Shown here: one piece after another, positions 7,270-15,791 of the stretch
How positions within the stretch are numbered: position 1 is the stretch's first letter
Layout of the letters: every line of letters begins with the position of its first letter
NCBI GenBank assembly: GCA_050253335.1
Contig: JBFWJG010000026.1
Coordinates: 17,877-33,667, forward strand
Source: Deferribacterales bacterium
GTDB lineage: Bacteria > Chrysiogenota > Deferribacteres > Deferribacterales > Geovibrionaceae
Direction of reading: 5' to 3'
DNA length: 15,791 bases
The notes under the pieces: generated by a model
Told to the model about the DNA's origin: nothing
Database searches by the model: none
The model's input: only the letters and a program-made list of their open reading frames with translations
Made by a program: the position numbers and the translations under genes

Positions 7270-7643
7270 AAACATTTTACAACTGACTAGAGAACAGTTT
7301 ATCAGCTATGATTTTGCGCAAATCCTTAATTATGCATGAATTAAGATTTCTATGTGTGATAAGAGACTTTGGATGAATTATGTTATGCTTGAACGTATCC
7401 GGAGAATATTGAAATATAGCTTTGTCTATTTTCATTCGTTCAGTAACGGGCACGAGTTAAGGTGAAAATTGGCTGAATCGTTCAGCTTCTAAAATGCCAG
7501 AAGACCCGATTCTTTTCTGGAGAAAGAACACCATATGAAGCCTATAAAGGATTAGAGATTCAAGTTTGAGAAAAATAAAATGATAATCTGAAAGCTTACA
7601 CCGTATTTTAGTCTAAAACCGTACTGAAAAGGGGACCGCCTCT
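7270..7643 (+). mobile_element. Decayed 3' part of an IS3-family insertion sequence (transposase OrfB C-terminus and probable right end)
   Basis: Hand translation across two frameshifts (~7294, ~7518) and four stops (7288, 7337, 7463, 7490): FTTD*R/QFISYDFAQILNYA*IKISMCDKRLWMNYVMLERIRRILKYSFVYFHSFSNGHELR*KLAESFSF*NARRPDSFL/GERTPYEAY. This aligns with the IS3-family pattern FNTDQGSQF..IxISMDGKGRWMDNVFIERLWRSLKYE.VY..FYNxxRPHSxLGxRTPxExY (pattern recalled, not searched). The boundaries are approximate. Confidence 0.85.
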
Positions 7644-8693
7644 ATGAAAATATTAGTAACAGGTGCTGCAGGGTTCATTGGGTTTCATGTTGCAAAAAGA
7701 CTTTCTGAAAAAAAATATGACATAGTCGGGCTAGATAAAATCAATGACTATTATGATACACTGCTTAAATTCAGCAGGCTCCATGAATCCGGCATAAGTT
7801 AATCAGATATAGAATACGGGAAAGAAACACTTTCGTTCAAATCCGGTAACTATAGATTTGTTAAGATGAATCTGGAAGACAAAGAAGGAATGCACAGGCT
7901 TTTCCGGAAAGAAAAATTTGATAAAGTCTGTCATCTGGGTGCACAGGCAGGGGTCAGATACAGCCTAGAAAACCCTCATGCGTATGTGGATTCAAATATA
8001 AGAGGTTTTCTCAATATACTTGAAAACTGCCGCAGTGAAGGAACAGAGCATCTGTTATACGCCAGCAGCTCATCAGTATACGGCCTGAACGAGGAACAGC
8101 CGTTTTCGACATCACAAAAAACCGACCGCCCGATCAGTCTTTACGCAGCCACCAAAAAATCTAATGAGCTCATGGCACACGTTTACAGCGGCTTATTTAA
8201 TATACCAACCACGGGTCTGAGGTTTTTCACCGTCTACGGTCCCTGGGGCAGACCGGATATGGCGTTATTCAGTTTTACAAAATTGATCTTAGAAGGCAAG
8301 CCCATCAACATTTATAATGGTGGAGAAATGGAGCGTGATTTCACTTATATTGATGATATCACCGAAGGGATTATTCGTATCATGGAGCTGCCTGTGCAGA
8401 GTAATGAAAAAGATGATTCACCTTCAGTTGCTTATCAGAAACCGCCATACAGGCTGTATAATATAGGGAACAGTAAGCCTGTCAGGCTTCTGGCATTTAT
8501 AGAGCTTATTGAGAAATATCTGGGTAAGAAGGCTATAAGAAACTTTATGCCCCTTCAGGCTGGAGATGTTGTCAAAACATATGCAGATGTAAGCGACCTT
8601 GAAAGAGATACCGGTTACAAACCTTCCACAGATCTTGAGTTGGGTATTAAGAGATTTGTTGAATGGTATAAATCATTTTATAATGTTAGCTAG
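7644..8693 (+). pseudogene. NAD-dependent epimerase (UDP-glucuronate 4-epimerase, CapI-like) interrupted by an in-frame TAA
   Basis: ATG at 7644 gives MKILVTGAAGFIGFH (GxxGxxG) in the same frame as the 7866-8693 ORF. TAA at 7800-7802 is codon 53. Downstream family motifs are intact: HLGAQAGVRYSLENP, YASSSSVYG, SLYAATKK and FFTVYGPWGRPDMA. The repaired gene would be 349 aa. Confidence 0.88.
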
Positions 8694-8714
8694 AATGGTA
8701 AGAGTTGTTCAAAT

Positions 8715-10574
8715 ATGAAACAGATGCCCTTATATATTCAAAAAAGAAAAGCCGCAGTTATCTTCACTTATGACCTGTTCGCAGTGACGGCGGCGCTGTT
8801 TATCGCTTTTTTTGCCGTATATACAGCACCAAAAGGAGCCCCTGTTTTTCATTTCTGGCTTCTTTTTATGCTTGTTTTCAAGCTGACAGGCTTTGCATTC
8901 TTTTTGGGCTACAGAATCAGCCTTCGTTATATATGTTTTAAGGATCTTGCACGTCTGTTTGCTGTTTTAGTTGCTGTATTCTGTGCGGCGCTTAGTCTTA
9001 ATATTTTCTTTTACATCAGCGAATCACGTTTCGTTATTCCGTTCAGGTTCCTTCTTATAGACCTTTTTGCAGGCTTTATGCTTCATGGCGGCGGCAGGGT
9101 GATGAGAAGGCTCTTGATCGAGTTTAAACGCTCATCCGGCAAAAGCTACAAGCAGAAAAAAGCGGTTATTATAGGAGCAGGATATTCAGGAGAGAGAATC
9201 GTCCGTGAAATGCTTCGCTCACCGAGTGAGGGGATGCTCCCGATCGCTTTTTTTGATGATGATGAGGGTAAACAGAATTCCCGCATACACAATATCCCTG
9301 TTGTGGGCAAACTTGACGGCATCTGCATCTTCTTAGCTGATCATGTCGCAGAAATGGCAGTTATAAGTATGCCGAACGCATCAACAAAAGTGATAAGAGA
9401 TGTCTATCAGAGTCTGAAAAAATGCGGAATCGACGAGATCAAAATCATCAGAAGCATTCGTGAACTTGAAGAGCAGATTTCTGTTACGAAACAGTTAAGC
9501 GATATAAACATAAGTGACCTTCTGTACAGAGAAGAGGTGCATATTGACAGAAACTCAATAAGCGAGCTGATAGCAGGGAAAGAGATCCTCGTTACCGGCG
9601 CAGCAGGCTCCATCGGCTCGGAAATTGTGCGTCAGGCTATCACATTTAAACCGTCTAAGATCATCGCATACGAAATTGACGAGACAGAGCTGTTTCATCT
9701 CAATAACGAAATATTAAAAATGGCCGGAGATGTTAAGTTTCTGCCGGTTGTGGGTGATGTCAGAGATGCCGGCAAAATTAAATCTGTTTTTGCAGAAAAT
9801 AATATAGAGATGGTTTTTCATGCTTCCGCATACAAGCACGTTCCTTTGATGGAAGATTATCCTGAAGAGGCGGTAAAAACCAACATCATCGGCACATATA
9901 ATCTTACACACTCTGCTGCTGAATATGGTGCAAAATATTTTATAAATATATCAACAGATAAAGCTGTTAACCCGACCAGTGTTATGGGAGCAACAAAAAG
10001 AGTCACTGAGCTGATCTGCTCTGCATTCAACAGCAGTTTTTCAACATCATATATCTCAGTGCGCTTCGGCAATGTTTTAGGGAGCCGGGGCAGTGTCATA
10101 CCGATTTTCATAGAGCAGATTAAAAACGGTGGCCCCGTTACTGTGACCGATCCTGAAATGAAGCGTTATTTTATGACGATACCCGAAGCTGTTTTGCTGG
10201 TTTTTCAGGCCAGTGCTCTGGGCAAGGGCGGAGAAGTTTTTGTGCTTGATATGGGTGAGCCGGTGAAAATCTCTCAGCTTGCCGAGAATCTTATCAGGTT
10301 AAATAATCTCAGCCCCTATAATGATATTGATATAGTTTACACAGGTCTGCGTCCGGGCGAGAAGCTTTTTGAAGAGCTCCTTACCGCAGAGGAAGGAACA
10401 GATGCAACAATGCACAGTAAAATATATAAGGCTGTGATCAAGTTTAACTTCTCATTCGATGAGATAACCGAAATGGTTGCCGAATTTGAACGGACAGCAA
10501 GAAATGAGAGACACAAGGTTAAAGAACTCCTGAAAAGGGTTGTTCCTTTTTATGAAGAAAATAAGGCAGACTAA
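8715..10574 (+). CDS. Membrane-anchored UDP-GlcNAc 4,6-dehydratase (PglF/WbpM/CapD family, 619 aa)
   Basis: Four N-terminal hydrophobic segments, a degenerate Rossmann motif IIGAGYSG and a catalytic domain with LVTGAAGSIGSE and HASAYKHVPLME. It has STDKAVNPTSVMGATK (the MxxxK variant of YxxxK typical of this family), RFGNVLGSRGSV and GLRPGEKLFEEL. Confidence 0.93.
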   Translation: MKQMPLYIQKRKAAVIFTYDLFAVTAALFIAFFAVYTAPKGAPVFHFWLLFMLVFKLTGFAFFLGYRISLRYICFKDLARLFAVLVAVFCAALSLNIFFYISESRFVIPFRFLLIDLFAGFMLHGGGRVMRRLLIEFKRSSGKSYKQKKAVIIGAGYSGERIVREMLRSPSEGMLPIAFFDDDEGKQNSRIHNIPVVGKLDGICIFLADHVAEMAVISMPNASTKVIRDVYQSLKKCGIDEIKIIRSIRELEEQISVTKQLSDINISDLLYREEVHIDRNSISELIAGKEILVTGAAGSIGSEIVRQAITFKPSKIIAYEIDETELFHLNNEILKMAGDVKFLPVVGDVRDAGKIKSVFAENNIEMVFHASAYKHVPLMEDYPEEAVKTNIIGTYNLTHSAAEYGAKYFINISTDKAVNPTSVMGATKRVTELICSAFNSSFSTSYISVRFGNVLGSRGSVIPIFIEQIKNGGPVTVTDPEMKRYFMTIPEAVLLVFQASALGKGGEVFVLDMGEPVKISQLAENLIRLNNLSPYNDIDIVYTGLRPGEKLFEELLTAEEGTDATMHSKIYKAVIKFNFSFDEITEMVAEFERTARNERHKVKELLKRVVPFYEENKAD

Positions 10575-10605
10575 ATATTGAGGGAAAACACAGGGTGGCT
10601 CTAGT

Positions 10606-11787
10606 ATGAAAAAAATCCTTCTTGTCTTTGGAACAAGGCCTGAAGCTATAAAAATGATTCCTGTTTTCAGAGCTTTAAAGGATAAAAAGTTTTTTGATAC
10701 CCGTATATGCATCACTGCTCAGCACAGGGAGATGCTTGACAGTGTTTTGGAGCTTTTCGGCGTAAAGGCCGACTATGATCTTGATATAATGAAAAGCGGT
10801 CAGGATCTGTTTGATATCACTGCGGCAATACTGAAAGGGATGAAAACGGTTCTTGATGACTTTGAGCCGGATTTAGTTCTTGTACACGGGGATACATCCA
10901 CAACATTTGCGGCATCACTTGCTGCTTTTTATAAACAGATTAAGGTCGGCCATGTTGAAGCGGGTCTAAGAACCGGCAGTATATACTCCCCGTGGCCGGA
11001 AGAGGCAAACCGCCGCATGACAACCCGTCTTGCTGAGTATCATTTTGCTCCCACCGCTCAAAACAGACAGAATCTTATTGCAGAAGGTGTCTCTGATTCT
11101 GATATTTCAGTTACCGGAAATACCGTTATTGACAGCTTGCTGGCTGTTGCAGGGAATATTAACTCTGACTACGGCAAGAGAGTCTGGCTCAAAGAAAAAA
11201 TCATAAGCTACGGCTTCACAGGGTTTGCAGATTATTCTCCTGAGAGCAATTCCTGCAAAAGCAGATATATACTTGTTACCGGTCACAGAAGGGAAAGCTT
11301 TGGCGAAGGGTTCCGCAGCATATGTTTGGCGCTGAAAAAAATTGCATACGCAAATAAAGATATAAAAATAGTTTATCCGGTTCATATGAATCCGAATGTT
11401 CGGACTCCTGTAAATGAGCTTCTGAGAGGGATCGAGAATATTTATCTGATTGAGCCTTTACAGTATGAGGAGTTTATCATGCTGCTCTCCATGTCCTACA
11501 TTGTTCTTACGGACAGCGGCGGAATACAGGAGGAAGCGCCCGCTCTCGGAAAGCCTGTGCTGGTGATGAGAGAAACCACGGAGCGGATTGAAGCTGTGGA
11601 TGCAGGAACAGTCAAGCTTGTGGGAACCGATACTGATATAATATGTTCAGAGGTTCAGAAGTTTATTGATAGTAAAGATTATTATGACAGGGTTTCAGTT
11701 GTGCGGAATCCATACGGCGAGGGCAATGCGGCAGGAGTTATAGCTGATTTTTTAGTCAGTTGCTTTTCTGGAGAACATAATGAATAA
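10606..11787 (+). CDS. wecB: UDP-N-acetylglucosamine 2-epimerase (non-hydrolysing)
   Basis: Motifs FGTRPEAIKM, HGDTST, GHVEAGLRT, SPWPEEANR, TGHRRE and TDSGGIQEEAP. Adjacent to wecC. Confidence 0.96.
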   Translation: MKKILLVFGTRPEAIKMIPVFRALKDKKFFDTRICITAQHREMLDSVLELFGVKADYDLDIMKSGQDLFDITAAILKGMKTVLDDFEPDLVLVHGDTSTTFAASLAAFYKQIKVGHVEAGLRTGSIYSPWPEEANRRMTTRLAEYHFAPTAQNRQNLIAEGVSDSDISVTGNTVIDSLLAVAGNINSDYGKRVWLKEKIISYGFTGFADYSPESNSCKSRYILVTGHRRESFGEGFRSICLALKKIAYANKDIKIVYPVHMNPNVRTPVNELLRGIENIYLIEPLQYEEFIMLLSMSYIVLTDSGGIQEEAPALGKPVLVMRETTERIEAVDAGTVKLVGTDTDIICSEVQKFIDSKDYYDRVSVVRNPYGEGNAAGVIADFLVSCFSGEHNE

Positions 11788-13030
11788 GAAAGAAATAGCT
11801 GTGGATATATTTTCAAAAAAAGTTTGTGTTGTGGGTCTTGGCTACATAGGTCTGCCGACTTCATCGCTTCTTGCCTGCATGGGTTATGATGTTTATGGTG
11901 TTGATATTTCTGAAAAAGTTGTTGATACCATCAACCAGGGCAAAATACACATAGTTGAAAATGATCTTGAGGAATATGTCCGCAAAGCTGTGGAGTCCGG
12001 AAAGCTCAGATGCGGACTTCAGCCGAAAGAGGCAGATATTTTCATTATTTGCGTTCCTACCCCTTTTTACCTGTGCGACACATCCGTACCCAAGCCGAAT
12101 ATACAGTATGTTCTTGATGCTGCAAAAAATATAGCTCCATATCTTAAAAAAGGGGATATCGTTATTCTCGAATCTACTTCTCCCGTGGGCACAACAGAAA
12201 AGGTTGCCGATACTATAAAGGAACACCGCCCGGAACTTTTTGAAAAAGATGGGAGCCTTTACTTCGGTTATTGCCCTGAAAGGGTTCTGCCGGGCAGAAT
12301 CATGGAAGAGCTTGTGGAGAATGACAGAATTATAGGCGGTATTAATGAAGATTCCGGGGAAATAATCTCTGTTTTCTATTCTTCTTTCGTGAAAGGGAAT
12401 GTCAAGGTCACAAATGCGAAAACTGCGGAAATGACAAAGCTTGTGGAAAACAGCTACAGAGATGTGAATATAGCATTTGCAAATGAAATTTCCCTTATTG
12501 CAGATAAAGAAAATATAAATGTATGGGATCTTATTTCCCTTGCGAACCTTCATCCCAGAGTAAATATACTCAACCCGGGATGCGGTGTAGGCGGACACTG
12601 TATTGCTGTTGACCCTTGGTTCATCGTTTCCGACAATGAGGAAAATGCCCGTCTTATAAAAACAGCCAGAGAAGTGAACAACAGAAAGCCGGAGTGGATA
12701 GTTGAAAAAGTTCTGGACTACTGTGCGGATTTCAGGAGTGAGCACGGGAGAGAGCCTTCGGTGGTTTGTATGGGGCTTGCGTTTAAGCCTGATATCGATG
12801 ACCTCAGGGAGTCTCCTGCGCTTTATATTGCCGAAACGCTGAACAGCAAAGGAGTCAGCCTCATCGCTGTGGAGCCTCATATAGAGTCTCACCCTTTCCT
12901 GAACCTGCTTCAGACCGAGGAAGCTCTTGCCAAGGCGGACTGCGTGCTTTTCCTTGTGGCGCACAGTGCGTTTAAAAAACTCAACTGCTCTGATAAGTAT
13001 GTTATGGATTTTTGCGGGGTACAAAAATGA
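11780..13030 (+). CDS. wecC: UDP-N-acetyl-D-mannosamine dehydrogenase
   Basis: Motifs GLGYIGLP, ESTSPVGTTE, YCPERVLPG, KLVENSYRDVNIAFANE, PGCGVGGHCIAVDPWF and AFKPDIDDLRESPA. Overlaps wecB by 8 nt. Confidence 0.95.
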   Translation: MNKKEIAVDIFSKKVCVVGLGYIGLPTSSLLACMGYDVYGVDISEKVVDTINQGKIHIVENDLEEYVRKAVESGKLRCGLQPKEADIFIICVPTPFYLCDTSVPKPNIQYVLDAAKNIAPYLKKGDIVILESTSPVGTTEKVADTIKEHRPELFEKDGSLYFGYCPERVLPGRIMEELVENDRIIGGINEDSGEIISVFYSSFVKGNVKVTNAKTAEMTKLVENSYRDVNIAFANEISLIADKENINVWDLISLANLHPRVNILNPGCGVGGHCIAVDPWFIVSDNEENARLIKTAREVNNRKPEWIVEKVLDYCADFRSEHGREPSVVCMGLAFKPDIDDLRESPALYIAETLNSKGVSLIAVEPHIESHPFLNLLQTEEALAKADCVLFLVAHSAFKKLNCSDKYVMDFCGVQK

Positions 13031-14019
13031 ATTTAAAAAATAAGAAAGTTCTGGTGACAGGAGCAGATGGTTTTATAGGCTCTCATCTTACTGAAATGCT
13101 CATTGAGAAAGGGGCAGAGGTGAAAGCTTTATCATATTACAACTCCTTTAACTACTGGGGCTGGCTTGAGGACATAAAGAAGAAAAATGAGATAGAAGTT
13201 CTGAACGGAGATGTGCGGGATCCTCACTACTGCAAACAGATTACAAAAGGGGTGGACGTGATCTTCCATCTTGCGGCACTGATAGCCATTCCGTATTCAT
13301 ACTCTGCACCGGACAGCTATATCGACACTAATGTCAAGGGTACGCTTAATATGTGTCAGGCTGCCCTTGAAAACGGATGCGAAAGAATACTGCATACTTC
13401 CACTAGCGAAGTTTACGGCACTGCGCAGTATGTTCCGATAGACGAAAAACACCCTCTTCAGCCGCAGTCGCCTTATTCTGCAAGTAAAATCGGAGCAGAT
13501 GCGCTGGCACAAAGCTTCTGCAACAGCTTTAAGCTCCCCCTGACCACGGTTCGTCCTTTTAACACCTACGGCCCGCGCCAGTCTGCCAGAGCAGTAATTC
13601 CCACCATCATCACACAGATAGCCTCAGGGATTAAAGAAATAAAACTCGGCGATGTTGCACCAACAAGAGATTTTAACTATGTGGAAGATACTTGCAGAGG
13701 CTTTATGATGATAGCCGAGTGTGACGGTGCAGTTGGCGAAACAATAAATATCGGTTCTAATTATGAGATATCAGTTAAGGATACGCTGGAGCTTATCAAG
13801 AAGATTATGAAAAGCGATGTGATATTCAAAACCGATGAGCAGAGGATCAGACCTGAAAACTCAGAAGTATTCAGGCTTTGGTGCGACAATACAAAAATAA
13901 ACAAACTGACCGGTTTTGTTCCCGAGTACTCTATAGAAAAAGGGCTGGAAAAAACAATAGAGTGGTTTACGGATAAAAATAACTTAAAAAAATATAAAAC
14001 TGATATTTATAATGTTTGA
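13027..14019 (+). CDS. legB: NAD-dependent nucleotide-sugar 4,6-dehydratase, LegB-like (330 aa from ATG 13027)
   Basis: Motifs VLVTGADGFIGSHL, YYNSFNYWGWLE, HLAALIAIPYSY, TSTSEVYGTAQYVPIDEKHP, SPYSASK and RPFNTYGPRQSARA. I placed the start at ATG 13027, which forms an ATGA overlap with the wecC stop, rather than at the ORF-track position 13012. Confidence 0.85.
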   Translation: MNLKNKKVLVTGADGFIGSHLTEMLIEKGAEVKALSYYNSFNYWGWLEDIKKKNEIEVLNGDVRDPHYCKQITKGVDVIFHLAALIAIPYSYSAPDSYIDTNVKGTLNMCQAALENGCERILHTSTSEVYGTAQYVPIDEKHPLQPQSPYSASKIGADALAQSFCNSFKLPLTTVRPFNTYGPRQSARAVIPTIITQIASGIKEIKLGDVAPTRDFNYVEDTCRGFMMIAECDGAVGETINIGSNYEISVKDTLELIKKIMKSDVIFKTDEQRIRPENSEVFRLWCDNTKINKLTGFVPEYSIEKGLEKTIEWFTDKNNLKKYKTDIYNV

Positions 14020-15154
14020 AAAGACAATAGCTTTTATAAAAAAACTCTATCCTTACAAAGATTTTATCGCTCTTCACGAGCCTGTGCTGGGTGAAGAGGA
14101 GAAGAAGTATCTGTGCGAATGTGTTGACAGCGGATTCGTCTCCAGTGTGGGCAGCTTTGTTAATCTGTTTGAGAGACGTGTCGCTGAGTTCTGCGGTGCA
14201 TCCTTTGCCGTTGCAACAGTAAACGGCACTTCAGCGCTTCATTGCGCCCTCAAGCTTTGCGGAGTCGGTCAGGGTGATGAGGTAATCACGCAGGCGCTTA
14301 CTTTTGTCGCAACAGCAAATGCAATCTCATATTGCGGGGCTCGCCCTGTATTTGTGGATATAAATAAGGATAATATGGGGCTCTCCGCAGAATCACTGGA
14401 AGAGTTTCTGTCTATAAACGCAGTAAAAAATAATGATGGTTCTTGTGTAAATAAGCTTACAGGAAGACGCATATCTGCCTGCCTGCCCATGCATACTTTC
14501 GGGCTGCCTGCCGACATGGAGCAGATAGTAAACATATGCGATAAATATAATATCCCCGTGGTTGAGGACTCTGCGGAGTCTATGGGAAGCTTTATCGGCA
14601 AGAAACATACGGGACTTTTCGGCAAAGTCGGTATACTCAGCTTTAACGGCAATAAAATTATTACCACAGGCGGCGGCGGTATGATCATTACGAATGATGA
14701 AAAACTTGCTGCTGAGGCCAAACATATAACAACAACTGCGAAAAAACCTCATAAATGGGAGTTTTTCCATGATATGACAGGATTCAACTACAGGATGCCG
14801 AATGTAAATGCTGCTCTGGGATGCGCCCAGCTTGATAAGCTGAGCAGTTTCCTGGAGAACAAGCGTGAAACAGCAATGTTTTACAAGGATTTCTTCAAAA
14901 GTGAAGGGATTAGCTTTGTATCGGAACCCGAAAACTGCACCTCAAACTACTGGCTGAATGCCGTAATTATGAGTGACAAAACTGAGAGAGATGCTTTTCT
15001 TGAAGAAACAAATTCGGCAGGTGTTATGACAAGACCCCTTTGGGAGCCTATGAACAGACTCCCCATGTATGCTGATTGTGTGTCCGGTAATCTGGAAAAT
15101 ACGGAATGGCTCAGCGACAGAGTGGTCAATATCCCCAGCGGTGTGAGAGGATGA
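14012..15154 (+). CDS. legC: PLP-dependent nucleotide-sugar aminotransferase, LegC family (DegT/DnrJ superfamily)
   Basis: Motifs IALHEP, GFVSSVG, VNGTSALH, TFVATANAI, EDSAESMGS, SFNGNKIITTGGGG (PLP lysine) and GFNYRMPNVNAALG. Overlaps legB by 8 nt. Confidence 0.88.
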   Translation: MFEKTIAFIKKLYPYKDFIALHEPVLGEEEKKYLCECVDSGFVSSVGSFVNLFERRVAEFCGASFAVATVNGTSALHCALKLCGVGQGDEVITQALTFVATANAISYCGARPVFVDINKDNMGLSAESLEEFLSINAVKNNDGSCVNKLTGRRISACLPMHTFGLPADMEQIVNICDKYNIPVVEDSAESMGSFIGKKHTGLFGKVGILSFNGNKIITTGGGGMIITNDEKLAAEAKHITTTAKKPHKWEFFHDMTGFNYRMPNVNAALGCAQLDKLSSFLENKRETAMFYKDFFKSEGISFVSEPENCTSNYWLNAVIMSDKTERDAFLEETNSAGVMTRPLWEPMNRLPMYADCVSGNLENTEWLSDRVVNIPSGVRG

Positions 15155-15791
15155 AAAAAAAGCTCCTTCTGTATGGCGGCGGCGGGCACTGCAAGTCTGT
15201 CATTGATGTAATAGAATGCACAGGTGTGTACGAGATAGAAGGAATTATCGATCGAGAAGAGAACGTTGGCAAACTTGTTCTCGGTCATAGAATTATCGGT
15301 TCTGATAAAGATTTGCCGGCACTCCTGAAAAACTGTCCGAATATTCATATATCATTTGGCTTTATCAAAAACTCTGAAAACAGAAGAAAGGCAGCTGAGA
15401 TGCTGGAGTCTCTTGGTGCTGTTTTCCCTGTTATTATTTCGCCTCGTGCTCATGTTTCCGCCCATGCTCGGATTATGCCGGGTACGATTGTGATGCATGG
15501 TGCGATAGTAAATGCGGCATCCGAAGTCGGCTGCCACTGCATTCTTAATACAAACAGCCTGATTGAGCATGACTCTGTGGTTGGAAATCACTGCCATATA
15601 TCTACTTCATCCACGGTAAACGGAACCTGCACAATAGGGGACGATGTTTTTTTCGGCAGCGGTTCCGTCATGGGGAATAATCTTTTAATATGTTCAGGAA
15701 CAGTGATCGGAAGCGGCTCGGTTGTTGTAAAACCAATCGAGGAACCAGGGATCTACGCAGGAAATCCCTGTAGACTTATAAAAAACAGAGG
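15151..15791 (+). CDS. Sugar N/O-acetyltransferase, NeuD/PglD/LegH-type left-handed beta-helix; 3' end beyond the window
   Basis: Absent from the ORF track because it has no stop inside the window. ATG 15151 overlaps the legC stop (ATGA). Translation: MKKKLLLYGGGGHCKSVIDV...ILNTNSLIEHDSVVGNHCHIS...IGSGSVVVK...YAGNPCRLIKNR. It has the EHD catalytic motif, hexapeptide repeats and the GNP C-terminal motif. Confidence 0.92.
   Translation, partial: MKKKLLLYGGGGHCKSVIDVIECTGVYEIEGIIDREENVGKLVLGHRIIGSDKDLPALLKNCPNIHISFGFIKNSENRRKAAEMLESLGAVFPVIISPRAHVSAHARIMPGTIVMHGAIVNAASEVGCHCILNTNSLIEHDSVVGNHCHISTSSTVNGTCTIGDDVFFGSGSVMGNNLLICSGTVIGSGSVVVKPIEEPGIYAGNPCRLIKNR

Noticed and set aside
7448..7462. Sigma-54 promoter (GGGCACG...)
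   Set aside because: The -12 position reads GG rather than GC, and the sequence lies within the IS3 transposase fossil.
7471..7520. Riboswitch or ncRNA from two small hairpins (GCTGAA/TTCAGC and CCAGAA/TTCTGG)
   Set aside because: The stems are short, match no riboswitch consensus I recognise, and the region is explained as decayed transposase coding sequence.
7866..8693. 275-aa ORF as a complete gene
   Set aside because: It is the 3' part of the gene starting at 7644 and lacks the Rossmann GxxGxxG motif.
11861..13024. 387-aa antisense ORF over wecC
   Set aside because: It lies entirely opposite a well-conserved gene, in codon register with it, and has no recognisable domain. The other short overlapping ORFs in the track are rejected on similar grounds.
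15154..15161. Phase-variable A8 tracts (also 7708-7715)
   Set aside because: Both are in frame, encode ordinary Lys-rich stretches, and are short for contingency loci in AT-rich genes.

Overview
Bacterial chromosomal window with every supportable gene on the + strand. It opens with a probably highly expressed outer-membrane beta-barrel (porin-like) gene and its intrinsic terminator. A ~580-bp array of ten REP/dRS3-like hairpin elements follows (1389-1966), arranged in 193-bp tandem units. Next is a surface-polysaccharide locus: a 1123-aa multi-SLBB export protein, a Wzi-like barrel, a nonsense-interrupted UDP-glucuronate 4-epimerase-like gene, a PglF/WbpM-type 4,6-dehydratase, wecB, wecC, legB-like and legC-like genes, and a NeuD/PglD-type acetyltransferase that runs off the window end and is missing from the ORF track. 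The apparently empty 6996-7643 gap holds two fossils: a 27-codon N-terminal stub of a nucleotide-sugar dehydrogenase and a heavily decayed IS3-family transposase 3' end whose probable right end abuts the epimerase ATG. The most unusual signals are (i) compensatory base changes around invariant GA/GA mismatches in the repeat elements and (ii) a cluster of D-N-x-T sequons in the export protein N-terminus. A Deferribacterota-like or deltaproteobacterial source is only my impression and is not tested. I found no complete novel system that can be demonstrated from the sequence alone.
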